IMG/VR virus record: IMGVR_UViG_3300017971_000007
DNA length: 64,000 nt
Reading direction: 5' to 3' (one strand)
Source of the DNA: a virus
The notes below the pieces were generated by a model that saw only the letters and a list, made by a program, of their open reading frames with translations, was not told where the DNA came from and searched no databases. Below are positions 1 through 10,947 of this stretch, in pieces. Numbering within the stretch: the first letter of the stretch is position 1; the number at the start of each line of letters is the position of its first letter. The position numbers and the translations under genes are program-made.

Positions 1-144
1 GCCTCCTGGCAGCGGTTGTTATCCACCCCCTTAAATGTTGCCGACACATTGGAGTCTGATGTAGATGAGCGGTCCTTTAAGGACGCTTCTTGGCAACGGC
101 TTCTTTCGACTTCCCTGAATGTAGCCGACACACTGGAATCTGAT
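1..144 (+). repeat. Two copies of a 28-aa (84-nt period) protein repeat, ASWQRLLST(P/S)LNVADTLESD
   Basis: Bases 1-60 and 85-144 encode 19/20 identical residues with many synonymous codon differences. Confidence 0.9.
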
Positions 145-1641
145 GAAGAACCATCGCGACCATTTATAGATGGTCTGTCCCCGTGTACCATAGGTTCGGA
201 ATTCAGAAACAGCGCTCTGGCTGCAGCAAAAATAAATTCCTCAGATCTTCTTGAGGTCATTACTCCTGCCCCTGGCGGTTCTGGGAGTGCGGGAGACACT
301 GTCATTATCCCGTGCGGGGACAGGGTCCCGGAATGGTATGGAACGAATCCAGAAATTGGGCAATCCCAGCCGGCTAATACTCCTGCTGGTTTGGATGACT
401 TAAAAACTATAATTACCGTGAATAGTGCCGTGATATACAAGAATGGGTCGGCGTTGGGAGGATGGACGGTAGATAAACCAGCAAACAATATCAAGGGATT
501 TAATTACGGACTGACAGGTCCTGGAGGAATACTTCCTCTCGGTTTGGTCACTATCGGCGTCTACTTAGAGGGAGTCAGAAGCGACTATTTCGAATACTCG
601 TTTACGTCCTTGGAGGGGGATCCCCCGTATATAACAAATCAAGACCCGGCACCGTCAGATACCGGAGTTCCTAGAGATAAGGTCTTGTATCTGGAAGTCG
701 TAGATGACGTATCTGGAGTAGACCTCAGTCAAACCGATTTATACGTAGAGGGAAATCTGGCTTTTGTCGGAGCGACAAGTACCTTCGTTGCTCCATATAA
801 TGGGGCCTCGTCTGCAGTAGCTTCTATAGCTAAGGGATACAGCTTTTACGTACACAAGACGTCGGATTGGGAATCATACAAAGAAATATCTGTAGGAGCG
901 GAGTCTAAGGACGGAAGCGGTAATATCCTGGAATTGGCTGCGTCGACCTACTATTTCAGGATAGAAGATTACGAGGCCCCTACATTCCACAACGAATCTC
1001 CGACTGGTGTCGGTGCTAGCAAAACAACATCTATATTCGTTGAAATCAGGGAGACATCCGGAATAGGAGTCAATACCGCAGAAATTAACGCCAATGTTAG
1101 TGGTATCTCTGCTGTCATAGGCGGCGTGTTTCAGGCTGGTTTTTCTGGATCCATCGTCCCGAACGCGTTCAACGGGTACAATCTTACGATAGACAAGGAT
1201 ACTGATTACGCCTCATTCGCGAGTATCCCTGTGTCAATATCAGCTAAGGACCTGAGCGGAAATTTGGGGTCCATAAACTGGACTTTCCAGGTCGAGGACT
1301 ATCTAGGCCCCCTTATTCTGCCAATAAATCCGATAAATGGGCAGATTCAAGTAGCTATAACAGAGAATATATCCGTGAATTTAAACGATGAAGATTCTAT
1401 AGATATGGCTACTGTTGTGATAGAAGTGGATAAAACAGGGACAGGGACATCATTTGAGGTGGCGTTTACAGGAGGCTCCTTTACACCGGATTTTGACGGC
1501 CCGAGCTCTATGATTGCTCCAGACGGCACCCCAGACGATGTCTATATCATCATAGATCCGGTGAACCTATTGCCTCCGAATACTCTCATCTATGTTAGGA
1601 TTACGGCAAGAGACCCAACAGGGAATAACGAGCGCTTGTAA
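1..1641 (+). CDS. Virion tail/baseplate-associated protein with tandem Ig-like domains; 5'-truncated by the window edge
   Basis: Frame is open from base 1. Three ~110-aa units begin PPYITNQDPAP / APTFHNESPTG / GPLILPINPING and end in V-x-A-x-D-x-x-GN, typical of bacterial Ig-like repeats. A 28-aa repeat lies at the N-end. Confidence 0.6.
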   Translation, partial: ASWQRLLSTPLNVADTLESDVDERSFKDASWQRLLSTSLNVADTLESDEEPSRPFIDGLSPCTIGSEFRNSALAAAKINSSDLLEVITPAPGGSGSAGDTVIIPCGDRVPEWYGTNPEIGQSQPANTPAGLDDLKTIITVNSAVIYKNGSALGGWTVDKPANNIKGFNYGLTGPGGILPLGLVTIGVYLEGVRSDYFEYSFTSLEGDPPYITNQDPAPSDTGVPRDKVLYLEVVDDVSGVDLSQTDLYVEGNLAFVGATSTFVAPYNGASSAVASIAKGYSFYVHKTSDWESYKEISVGAESKDGSGNILELAASTYYFRIEDYEAPTFHNESPTGVGASKTTSIFVEIRETSGIGVNTAEINANVSGISAVIGGVFQAGFSGSIVPNAFNGYNLTIDKDTDYASFASIPVSISAKDLSGNLGSINWTFQVEDYLGPLILPINPINGQIQVAITENISVNLNDEDSIDMATVVIEVDKTGTGTSFEVAFTGGSFTPDFDGPSSMIAPDGTPDDVYIIIDPVNLLPPNTLIYVRITARDPTGNNERL

Positions 1642-4600
1642 TGCCAGTAACCTATAGTTTCACTACCGAATCAATAACCGTTCCAACTTCCGACGATTTT
1701 CCATGTTTCGACATCACAGAAGGAGGAATGCCTTATTTCAGTCTCTATTCTGGGGTTGGGGTAAGCCGGGGGGCTCCATGGACGGATGTGGATGGCGACG
1801 ACTTCGTCATGACCAGCGATGATAGTATAGAAACGATAGTAACTATAAGCCTGCCCATAGGACAGAAGTTCACTCTAGAGACTCAATTTAAACCGACCGA
1901 CCTTCCGCATGATCTAAGCGCTCTCGATAAGGGAAGGTTCTTTATCGCTGTTTTTGATGCCCAAGATAATGCCGGCGGGGTTCTCCTATCCAAGACCGGA
2001 TTGGCTATAGTTTCCTCATACGGAAACACCGTCATGCCGATATTCGACAGCAATGGAATTGTGGAAGAGGGAGACGATTACTATACCCTAAGAATGGTGG
2101 TGGACGGGACCAGCAACGTAATGGATTTATACATTACGAAGACCGCGGAGTTGGATGAGACTGGACATCAACTCAGATACACGACAGCAGCCCCAATTAC
2201 CCCTTCCGGGACCCCAGACCAAGTTCGGATTGAAGTACTAGGTCATCCGAGCAAGATAACGAAGGTAGCGTTTACTACCATGAGAGTGAACTGCGTTGAC
2301 CTTCTGATTCCAAATAAACGTCCCATCGCGGATACCGGGCAGGACCAGACCGCGTCTCTCGGTTCAATTGTTGGATTGGACGGCACAAGAAGTTACGACC
2401 CTGAGGGGGAGGAACTGACCTACAAATGGTTTCTGTTTGCAGCGCCTAGCGGCTCGTCATACAGACAAGATGGAACCGGGGGATTCAGTCAAGATGACGG
2501 TGATTCTGACGGATATACGACTATATTCGAGGAGACAGGGAATCCATGGAGCGTAGAGAACTCCCCGAGTCTCCAGCCAGGTGACCTTCTAATAGTCGGC
2601 GGAAATCAATTCGAAGTAGCTGCTACAAATTGGACATATAACTCATCAACCCAATTATATGAAAGAGATGTTGGGTTTGATTCAAATAAGCTGATTCTGG
2701 TTAAGGATATTTTGCCTGATGACTTGTCGAGTTCGGCATGGACGTTGTATCACCAGACAACTTTCTTCGATGATAGAACGGACCCACAACCAGGATTCGT
2801 TCCAGACATCTACGGGATGTACGGGATTCAACTCATCGTAAATGACGGTCAACTGGATAGTCTTCCCGACCAGGGTCTAGTGAATGTCGCAGAAACGAAC
2901 ATCGCTTTCGGATATATCCCTGACGTTAATTTCATATGGGATTATCTGTCTGACGCCTGGGACATGTATTATGACAGAGGTCCCATAACAACTATATGGT
3001 CATCCATAGCTCAGATTGCATCGAACATCCTTTTAACAGCCTGGCAACTGGATTACGCCAAAAGTCTTGTTGATATCCAAAGACGTTTTCAAAGAAGATG
3101 GCTGAACTACGGGACGTTTCTGGAAGAGCCTTCCCTTTACAAGGATGACGTGGACCTGAAGCTGGTAAGAGGCAGAATTATTAGTGGAGAACTTAGCACC
3201 TCCATAGTATTCACTGAACCCGTGGAATTGATTCTAGTAAGGGATGGGATGACTACATTCACTGTATCTCTATCCGGGACAATGCACGTGTCAGAGATTG
3301 TGGATGCCATTAACTCCGCCTTAGGTGAATCATTAGCCACTACCAAGACCGCCTCATACGATGAATTTGTTGTGGTAGACATGCCTGTAACGGTATTTAT
3401 CTATCTGGAATATAGCAAATTGCTGGTCGTGGATAAGAGCGGTTCGGCGAATTCATACCTCGGATTTAGTACTGAAGAAGACACAGAGAATCGATTCCTG
3501 GGATGGAATGGGGAGATAGGCTCGTCCGTTAAAGCTTTGGACCTAGATGGATTTCCTGCGCTGATTTTTGATTTCACTGAAGAAGACATTGAGAGGCAGG
3601 ACCTTCTAATTTTTGAGGACAAGGGATTCGAGATTCAGAAAGTTGCGGGAGCGACAGAGCTAACTACGCTTCAGGACCTATCCCTTAGCTACAATCCATC
3701 TCATGACAGGTCTGAAACATGGGAAATAAGCTCGTTCATCCGTTCAAAGACAACGAACTTCACTAATGAGCTAGTTAAATTCGGGGATATCGTAACGATA
3801 GAAGCGAGGAAGACTGGGGAATTAACCTGGACAGAATTAACCTGTCTGGTCACAGGTGCTAGAGGAAACACTCTGGGATTTAATCCACGGCCGTTGTATG
3901 AACTGGCCGGTGAGGATGATATCTCCGACTATGAGGTGTCGTTGATTGGAGTCCGTAGGACAAAATCAATCCCAGTGGATGACCTAGTTATCAGCATTCC
4001 CAGGCTCCAGGAAATAATACTAGACCCTCCATCATTCCTCTCTGAAAACAGAGATTATAGAATCTACAAAGAAGATGACATAAACGGGATACATTTCGAG
4101 AACGTCTTTAGCTTCGACTCCCCTCCTCCGGATTATCTGTGGGCGGAGACTACATATTTAGACAATAGGCCTATGATAGAGACTAATTTTGGGAAAGCCG
4201 TAGATTTCACAGTAGAGAATCTGGATACGAGAACAGATGATTTAGATTATCTGTCCGCGGTACAAGGCCTATGGTATGCATTCTTTAACGGCCCCAGCTT
4301 GTGGAGAGTCAGAGTAGGAATCCAAATTCTACTAGGACTTCCGTTTGCAGAAGTTGACGGAATAGTCACTGATATAAATGAGACATACAACGCCGCGACC
4401 ATAAGAATTCTCATCCAAGATAAATCAGATTCCTCTGTCATCCGCTCGTACTTCATACCCCGGAGCGTGAATATGGAGGAGGATGGGGAATCCATGATAG
4501 AGGTGAATCCTTCTACAGGCGTTGAGTATGTTGTCGGGGATGAGGTAGAGCAATTTTCCCCCTTATCAAAAGGTGTGGAGGTCGCTGATTGGATAAAAAG

Positions 4601-5225
4601 CGAGGATTGGTGGTCTAGATATCATGGGCAGGGAGTCCTTCGTGAGCTAGATAAGTTCTTTCATCATCTGGCTATTGCAGATGTCGACGTGTTCAATATC
4701 GCCAATCTGGTGTTCGCTATAGATTTTCTGAAAACCATAAAACCTCACTACACGTTCCCGTTTTGGGTAATATTCAAAAGACTCTCCCCAGATACGATAA
4801 GTACGACAGATTATTTGCAGATGCACGGAACAAAGTATCTGTTCGACCATCCTGCGTGCGCCAAACAGATAACCGACCAGGGAGTTGGGGGAGCTTACCG
4901 GTTCGATGATGTCGATGGAGTTGGGGTCGTTAACTGGGCTTATGACGGTGACCCATTGGGCGGGAGTACCAAGCCGATGTTTCTCTATGACAGGAAGCGG
5001 TTATGCCCTGACGAGGAAATCCATGTCATCATGATTGGATATTTCTCTGGAGGAATTTTCCCGTTTGATTGGATTTGGGCGTTCGATGATGGAGGCGGGG
5101 AGGATATAATCCCGCTATCCGGCCCGGTGGCAACTTATCCTCCTCCATACGGTCCGGTTGTCGGAGCAATCAAATTTGATACATCGTATGGTGCAGGCTG
5201 GTATACTCGTGGTAAGAAATTGTAG
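1641..5225 (+). CDS. Large baseplate wedge-like protein with a PKD/Ig-like domain
   Basis: 1194 aa. PKD-like segment PIADTGQDQ...LDGTRSYDPEGEELTYKW...IQLIVNDG. C-terminal LWYAFFNGPSL...ILLGLPFA and FLKTIKPHYT resemble myophage baseplate proteins. TAATG coupling to the upstream gene. Confidence 0.55.
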   Translation: MPVTYSFTTESITVPTSDDFPCFDITEGGMPYFSLYSGVGVSRGAPWTDVDGDDFVMTSDDSIETIVTISLPIGQKFTLETQFKPTDLPHDLSALDKGRFFIAVFDAQDNAGGVLLSKTGLAIVSSYGNTVMPIFDSNGIVEEGDDYYTLRMVVDGTSNVMDLYITKTAELDETGHQLRYTTAAPITPSGTPDQVRIEVLGHPSKITKVAFTTMRVNCVDLLIPNKRPIADTGQDQTASLGSIVGLDGTRSYDPEGEELTYKWFLFAAPSGSSYRQDGTGGFSQDDGDSDGYTTIFEETGNPWSVENSPSLQPGDLLIVGGNQFEVAATNWTYNSSTQLYERDVGFDSNKLILVKDILPDDLSSSAWTLYHQTTFFDDRTDPQPGFVPDIYGMYGIQLIVNDGQLDSLPDQGLVNVAETNIAFGYIPDVNFIWDYLSDAWDMYYDRGPITTIWSSIAQIASNILLTAWQLDYAKSLVDIQRRFQRRWLNYGTFLEEPSLYKDDVDLKLVRGRIISGELSTSIVFTEPVELILVRDGMTTFTVSLSGTMHVSEIVDAINSALGESLATTKTASYDEFVVVDMPVTVFIYLEYSKLLVVDKSGSANSYLGFSTEEDTENRFLGWNGEIGSSVKALDLDGFPALIFDFTEEDIERQDLLIFEDKGFEIQKVAGATELTTLQDLSLSYNPSHDRSETWEISSFIRSKTTNFTNELVKFGDIVTIEARKTGELTWTELTCLVTGARGNTLGFNPRPLYELAGEDDISDYEVSLIGVRRTKSIPVDDLVISIPRLQEIILDPPSFLSENRDYRIYKEDDINGIHFENVFSFDSPPPDYLWAETTYLDNRPMIETNFGKAVDFTVENLDTRTDDLDYLSAVQGLWYAFFNGPSLWRVRVGIQILLGLPFAEVDGIVTDINETYNAATIRILIQDKSDSSVIRSYFIPRSVNMEEDGESMIEVNPSTGVEYVVGDEVEQFSPLSKGVEVADWIKSEDWWSRYHGQGVLRELDKFFHHLAIADVDVFNIANLVFAIDFLKTIKPHYTFPFWVIFKRLSPDTISTTDYLQMHGTKYLFDHPACAKQITDQGVGGAYRFDDVDGVGVVNWAYDGDPLGGSTKPMFLYDRKRLCPDEEIHVIMIGYFSGGIFPFDWIWAFDDGGGEDIIPLSGPVATYPPPYGPVVGAIKFDTSYGAGWYTRGKKL

Positions 5226-5234
5226 AGGTACTCG

Positions 5235-5942
5235 ATGATTTTAAGAGATTATCCGTTAAAACCTGACGGTCTACTAATCCCAAGTAATCTTGAAATTATA
5301 ACTAGGGTAAGAGGCAAGAAAGTTAGGAATCATTGCCGTAAATTTCACAATATTTGGGTCGATCTCGGGAGGGAGTATCTTGCTCGGGTTGTAGCACCGA
5401 ATGATACCCTAGATGATCACTATAACGAGCCTCCAAGAGAGTTCGTGATGTATTACGGAGTCGGTATAGGGGGAATTCATCAGACAAACCCGGCAGCGTA
5501 CCAATCTCCTCTTTCTGTGGATTATCCTCCAGCTCATGCAAGCGGATTGCCCGGGAATCCTGGTAATAGCTTTGAGGATGATGACCTGACTATCGCTTAT
5601 CTAGAGAGGCCCGTAAAAATACATCAATCAAGTTACATCTGGCTGGATAACGTAATCACACCAGTCACGTTCTTAAACAATAGTCGGACTGTAAGATTAG
5701 ATCATCTATTCACAGTCACGGATATCAATAACGCGAGGACTCCAGCGTATGACCTGGTTCCGATAAGCGAGGTTTGTCTGTGTCTATCAACACAGGACCC
5801 TGACGCGACGAACGTCTATGATTCAGGAGCCCCGAATTATGTCGGAGCTGGAAGACCTCAAATATTGGCGTATAAACCATTCAGCCCGATACCCGTGACT
5901 CTGAACTTCTCGTTGGAGTTCAGATGGGAACTGAGATTTTAG
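5235..5942 (+). CDS. Baseplate/tail-fibre attachment protein
   Basis: HNIWVDLGREYLAR ... ISEVCL ... YKPFSPIPVTLNFSLEFRWELRF pattern, located between the baseplate and tailspike genes. Confidence 0.5.
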   Translation: MILRDYPLKPDGLLIPSNLEIITRVRGKKVRNHCRKFHNIWVDLGREYLARVVAPNDTLDDHYNEPPREFVMYYGVGIGGIHQTNPAAYQSPLSVDYPPAHASGLPGNPGNSFEDDDLTIAYLERPVKIHQSSYIWLDNVITPVTFLNNSRTVRLDHLFTVTDINNARTPAYDLVPISEVCLCLSTQDPDATNVYDSGAPNYVGAGRPQILAYKPFSPIPVTLNFSLEFRWELRF

Positions 5943-5951
5943 GAGAGTAGA

Positions 5952-8900
5952 ATGACCTTACCTCATCCAAAAGATGAAACTAATCCTGGTGATTTCTTTT
6001 ATCCAGGAGCTCCAGATATCCAATTTGCTGATACTCCCGGTCCAGCCGGTTCAAGAGCAGTGGAATTCGGAGAAGATGGATTATCTTCTGCCATAAATCG
6101 AGGATTCTACGCTCTCTTAAAAAACATAGAGTATGTCTATAATCCCCTTGCAACGGACTTGGCTCGTCCGTCGTTTGTATCCTGGACCCCGGCTGGCGGA
6201 AGCGGTGTCTCATATACATTCACCGGCGTAAATCTGTTTGTGGGGCATGCAGATTTATACCTGCCGGAAACTCAAGCCATCAGAGACAGCCTAATAGGCG
6301 TATTAGATGGGAATTATAACGAGCTCATAGACCCGACAACTGGCGATAAAATCGTTGTTAAAGAGATAAAAAACAACGGTGACACGGCCACGGTTGTCGG
6401 GACTGAATTCTATGACGGTGGAGCTATCGTAAGGTTCAAAAGAGTTCATCCGGTGACTGGGGTATCCGGATCGGATTACACTATCCCGGACGGGACTGCT
6501 GTACGATTTGCTGTCGGGGTTAGAGCAATCTTAGAAAATATTCCCGACGTCACGGAAGGGAAATATCTCCAGGATATGATGTACAAGGGATTCCCGAGAG
6601 GTGTATCGGAAATCCATGCCTCATCGTTCGTGCGCGACGGCTCCAGGAAGATGCTTGGGGACATCAACATGGACTCCAATGATATCAACAACGCCGTCAT
6701 AATTAATAGCAAGTCCGCGACCCCGGCCGAGGATTTGGATATAAGAGGCTCCAACAATCTTCTCCTAAGCGCATTGGATGCCGATGCTACTGGTACCGAA
6801 GGCCTTATAAAGATTGACGACAGGCTTCTTACGTCGGCAATAAATTTCAACGACTCCGAACCATCTGTGTATGCCCCTGACTCCATAAACACGAGCGTGC
6901 TGGGGGCATTAAATAGTCACGGTAGGCAGATTGAGGCCCTGTCCGGAGTAAATCTTATTTCCTACGCCTTCTATTTCAATGATGCTACGGGAGAGATAAC
7001 CTGGGATGACATTATCTACAGTGTCGGAGGAGAGATTAGGAAAATAGATGCTGCTGGAGCTGGAAGCGGTTTCACCCCCACTTTATCGGATACGGACCTG
7101 TACCTGGTCATAGACTCCACGGGAGCCATAAACGATAGGGAAGTATCTACGGGATTCTCTTTCGGGGACATCGCCCTTTACAACATCTATTACGATTCCG
7201 GGACCCCAGAGTATTCGTACAAGACGAGTCTCACGAGATATTTCAGCACCAAATCAGATGCTCTACAACTTACCGTAGGATACAAGCCTGGTTCGGATTT
7301 CGGTGATTTGCAGAAGGCTTTGGATTTTGTGGCTCATCTTGGGACCACGTACTATATGCCGGGAGTTCCGTCCATAAAAATTCTGGACTATGTACTGTGC
7401 GGCAGCACTATCGAGGTAAAGTCCGATGTCCGGATATTTGGTTCGTATCAAGACAGCACTATCTATACCCAAGCAAATGCAGCTAATGATGGAATCAATT
7501 GCGGAAATTATCGAGTCATTATCGAGAATCTGACTCTAAGACCTCAATACGCCAGTGCCGATGGAGGAAACGCGATTTTGAATCCTGGTAGTGGCAGTAT
7601 CATACGCGACGTCTCTGTGGACGCCTCAGTCAGCAATTACAGGTACGCGTATATAGTAAAAGTTGATGGGGCGGCCAGAAAGAATATTCTGATAGATAAT
7701 ATCTACACGGTCGATGAGGTCATTCGCGGATTTGTGGATACTAATTCTGACGCCGAGAACGTGAAAATAAGGAATTGCAACTTCAGACTCGCCGGGGTCC
7801 TTATGTCTGGCAACCCGATAATATCTCTGGCTGGGAGTAATTGTACGGTCGAAGGATGTTATATCTGGGATGCGTACGAGGACCTTATCAGAATCGGGCA
7901 TAACGGTCTTGTGAAAGACTGTATTCTGCAGATGAATTTAGGCGCTAACGGTTATCCGATTGTCGTGAAAAAGTTCGTGACTGGTACAGGAATTCACACA
8001 GCGCGGATCGTTAACTGTTCCACAACAAATGGATTCTATTCTATATACATAGACTATAACTCCGAGACGAACATTTTCCTTGATGTTGAGATAAACGGAT
8101 GCACATTTGTCGGGCAGAATTTAGCTCTCTATTCCAAGTACCCGGTTGCCACGTTGGCCGAGGAAAGCTTAATTAAGTTCATCAATAACTACGTGGAAGG
8201 TGGGTACAGGTCTCTGTATTTGGAAAATACAGAACGAGTAATCATAGAAGGAAACCACTTTGAATCCGTTCCCTCAGATTCCATCCTTTACATTACTGGA
8301 AGCACGAAAGTGACGTTTGACGGAAATACCGTCTCTGACTGGCCTACGTACGGAATTGCGTATCTAAGTTCTGATACGAATAGTTACTGCAGTATCACAA
8401 ACAATGTGTTTGTGAATAAGACCGACGGAGGTTCAAGAACTTGTATCTATTCGACGGGCGTGAATTGCTCCGTTAAAAATAATCTGTTTTTAAATGATAC
8501 AGGAGTGGAGGCTGATGAGTGGGTGACAATAGAAGACTACGTCCGTGGGTGTACGGTGGATGGAAATGTATTTGATAAGACGAAGACGCATTCTGTTAAA
8601 GCAGACGATACACTGGACGCTGGTAATGAAAAGGGGTTTCTGGTTTCAAATAACTATTTCATGGGTGTTGGTGAAAACGGCTCAGCCGTTATAGTTCACG
8701 GGTTTGAGGGGAGCATAATATCTAGTAATTCATTCGTTCCTCCCGCTCTCTCTTCTGCTTCTGGCGCAGCAATAGAAATAGGCAGAAGAAGTGACTCTGC
8801 CTTGTATAAAGGAGATGAGACATTAATAATAAACAATATAATTTCAGAATATAGAGGGAAAGGTAGAGATTGGGCCAGTAATCTGGCTTCTACGATAAAC

Positions 8901-9572
8901 CTCTTTACTAGAAATTCGGATTATCCAGTAAACTGCTCGATATCGAATAATATATTGATATCGTGTGGGTCTGATACCGATTCAAAGGACTGTAAGGTGA
9001 TACGTTCTGATGGGTACTGTGATATATCATTGAATTACATATACAATCCGAAAGGGCCTGGTTCGGGCGGGAGTTTGGCGGTTATAGAATTCGGAGAATA
9101 TTCTAGAGTTTGTAATAATCACATTAAAGCTAACGCCTTATATTTAGCTCGAGACACTACTCTTCTGAGAATAAGCGGCGAGTTCAGCAAAATTTCTGAT
9201 AATTATGTAATGGTGACGGCTTCACGGGAATTAAATTTATTGCGCGGAATATCTCAATACTTGGGGAGCTCTGGTATTGGAGACGATGCAGAAAATTGTA
9301 TGATATCTAATAATTTTATTGTTGTGGACGATACTAATGTAATCACCGGAACGGCTGCTTCTATCTATTTACCTATAGCAGCAGATTACATTCAATTGCT
9401 CGGAAATAGAGCCACTGGAGATATAGATGCGGCGAATTTAAGTACATACTCCATAGTTATAGGAAATATGGGAGACACAATCTCCGCCTTACCGCAGGCA
9501 GTTACTGCGGATGATGCTAGTGCGGGCGGAACTAAAGGCGGAAATAGGCAGACAGCAGGAGGACCACTATAG
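5952..9572 (+). CDS. Tailspike/receptor-binding protein with a right-handed parallel beta-helix (pectate-lyase-like)
   Basis: 1206 aa. The C-terminal ~750 aa carry repeated I-x-N-N/C-x-F units. RBS AGGAG upstream. Confidence 0.75.
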   Translation: MTLPHPKDETNPGDFFYPGAPDIQFADTPGPAGSRAVEFGEDGLSSAINRGFYALLKNIEYVYNPLATDLARPSFVSWTPAGGSGVSYTFTGVNLFVGHADLYLPETQAIRDSLIGVLDGNYNELIDPTTGDKIVVKEIKNNGDTATVVGTEFYDGGAIVRFKRVHPVTGVSGSDYTIPDGTAVRFAVGVRAILENIPDVTEGKYLQDMMYKGFPRGVSEIHASSFVRDGSRKMLGDINMDSNDINNAVIINSKSATPAEDLDIRGSNNLLLSALDADATGTEGLIKIDDRLLTSAINFNDSEPSVYAPDSINTSVLGALNSHGRQIEALSGVNLISYAFYFNDATGEITWDDIIYSVGGEIRKIDAAGAGSGFTPTLSDTDLYLVIDSTGAINDREVSTGFSFGDIALYNIYYDSGTPEYSYKTSLTRYFSTKSDALQLTVGYKPGSDFGDLQKALDFVAHLGTTYYMPGVPSIKILDYVLCGSTIEVKSDVRIFGSYQDSTIYTQANAANDGINCGNYRVIIENLTLRPQYASADGGNAILNPGSGSIIRDVSVDASVSNYRYAYIVKVDGAARKNILIDNIYTVDEVIRGFVDTNSDAENVKIRNCNFRLAGVLMSGNPIISLAGSNCTVEGCYIWDAYEDLIRIGHNGLVKDCILQMNLGANGYPIVVKKFVTGTGIHTARIVNCSTTNGFYSIYIDYNSETNIFLDVEINGCTFVGQNLALYSKYPVATLAEESLIKFINNYVEGGYRSLYLENTERVIIEGNHFESVPSDSILYITGSTKVTFDGNTVSDWPTYGIAYLSSDTNSYCSITNNVFVNKTDGGSRTCIYSTGVNCSVKNNLFLNDTGVEADEWVTIEDYVRGCTVDGNVFDKTKTHSVKADDTLDAGNEKGFLVSNNYFMGVGENGSAVIVHGFEGSIISSNSFVPPALSSASGAAIEIGRRSDSALYKGDETLIINNIISEYRGKGRDWASNLASTINLFTRNSDYPVNCSISNNILISCGSDTDSKDCKVIRSDGYCDISLNYIYNPKGPGSGGSLAVIEFGEYSRVCNNHIKANALYLARDTTLLRISGEFSKISDNYVMVTASRELNLLRGISQYLGSSGIGDDAENCMISNNFIVVDDTNVITGTAASIYLPIAADYIQLLGNRATGDIDAANLSTYSIVIGNMGDTISALPQAVTADDASAGGTKGGNRQTAGGPL

Positions 9573-9573
9573 A

Positions 9574-9906
9574 ATGAATCAGATTGTCGAAATCCTTATA
9601 AGTTGGCAGGCTTTGTTGATATCGTTGTCGGTATCCACGATTCTGCATCTAATCAAAGCCACGTACTTGTACGACAGGAAATGGTTTAAGGCTTTCATGC
9701 CTTTGTATCCTTTCGTACTAGCAGTTGGGATAGTGCTGATTCCAGGCATAGACCCTCCAGCCCCCATCAAATCCACAGTCCCGGAGATTCTGTACGGAGT
9801 CTATGCCGGTTGGTTGTCATCGTTCTCCTTTCAGCTATTCAAGAGCGTGCTCAAGAAAGGATTCGGTCTGAAAAGTCTGAATACGGATAATGCTGGAGAA
9901 GATTAA
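9574..9906 (+). CDS. Putative holin (small multi-pass membrane protein)
   Basis: Likely start MNQIVEIL after GGAGGA. Three hydrophobic segments and a charged C-tail; follows the tailspike gene. Confidence 0.5.
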   Translation: MNQIVEILISWQALLISLSVSTILHLIKATYLYDRKWFKAFMPLYPFVLAVGIVLIPGIDPPAPIKSTVPEILYGVYAGWLSSFSFQLFKSVLKKGFGLKSLNTDNAGED

Positions 9907-10201
9907 GAAATACTGGAAATGGTTCGTGGCTGGTCTAGTATCAGCCACTATCGCTATAATGGGGGTATTGTTGTGGAGGAGAGGAAAGGTCAAAACGGAT
10001 TCTGTAACCAGCGACAAGGCCGCGGACAAACTTGAGAAGGACTTAATTGAGATTCAGAAGAAGAAAGAAGACGACCTAAAAAAATTGGAGGAGCAGCGCA
10101 AGGATAAGCTCGGTAGGATGTCAGAAGAGCAGCATGAAGAGTACGAGAAGTTGAAAAACAAACCCGTAGAGGAAGTTGCCGAATGGATAGACAAGCTCTA
10201 G
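9890..10201 (+). CDS. Single-TM coiled-coil protein, i-spanin-like
   Basis: Basic N-terminus, TM WFVAGLVSATIAIMGVLLW, then a charged coiled coil. Confidence 0.4.
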   Translation: MLEKIKKYWKWFVAGLVSATIAIMGVLLWRRGKVKTDSVTSDKAADKLEKDLIEIQKKKEDDLKKLEEQRKDKLGRMSEEQHEEYEKLKNKPVEEVAEWIDKL

Positions 10202-10947
10202 ACCTATATCCGTCATTCTTTGACGAACTAGAAAAAATCGCTGACTATAGCACAGCAGCAATTGCGCACGAATTAGGCCATGCTCAAGCTTTTGAGCAAA
10301 GCAAGATACCTGTAGGTCTAGATATTGGCGGAAGGGCGGCGATAAAATTAGTAGGCAATCTCGCATCATACCTTTCGACTCTACAAGGTAAGCCTGGTTT
10401 GGCCGCAATCTCATCGTTAGTAGCTGATTCCCCGACATTAGTAAGTGAGGGAAGAGCAAGTTACAAGGCCTTGAAGTCCCTGAAAGAAATGGGAATCAGT
10501 GAAGACGACTACAAGACTACCAGAAAGAATCTAGCCAAGGCATTCGGGACGTACATGATTCCAGCTGCAGCCAATGCTCTTACTAGAGCCGGTGCCTCGC
10601 ATTTGATGAAGAAGGGTGTCGTGGGCAGGAGCCCCGATTCATTGGCTGGGACATTAATGACTGAATCGGTTATCGGTATGTTAGGTTCTGGAGCACTGAA
10701 AAAGTCATTCGACAAAACAAGGAAAGACTCGGTGTTAAGTAGAGAGCAGGTAGAGCAGTTAAAGAAGCAGATGGGAGTAGCTACTGGATTTTACAAGGCC
10801 AAGAAATCCCTACAATCAGATGCGTATATGCCTCCTCAACCAAAAATTCTTAGGAAGCCCATCGAGAGAAGTTTAAAGCCGTACCTGAGAGAGAAATCGA
10901 AATCTAAAGAGATTGTAGAAAAAGGCGGAATATTGCTTTTGGATTAG
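10183..10947 (+). CDS. YugP-like (Zn_peptidase_2) membrane zinc metallopeptidase with N-terminal FFDELEKIA tag
   Basis: AHELGHAQ (HExxH), PTLVSEGRASYKAL (third ligand Glu) and AFGTY match the YugP-family pattern AHExGHA...ExxAS.rAl...AxTY. Confidence 0.7.
   Translation: MDRQALDLYPSFFDELEKIADYSTAAIAHELGHAQAFEQSKIPVGLDIGGRAAIKLVGNLASYLSTLQGKPGLAAISSLVADSPTLVSEGRASYKALKSLKEMGISEDDYKTTRKNLAKAFGTYMIPAAANALTRAGASHLMKKGVVGRSPDSLAGTLMTESVIGMLGSGALKKSFDKTRKDSVLSREQVEQLKKQMGVATGFYKAKKSLQSDAYMPPQPKILRKPIERSLKPYLREKSKSKEIVEKGGILLLD

Noticed and set aside
5952-9572. Diversity-generating retroelement targeting the tailspike
   Set aside because: No reverse transcriptase or template/variable repeat pair was seen in the window.
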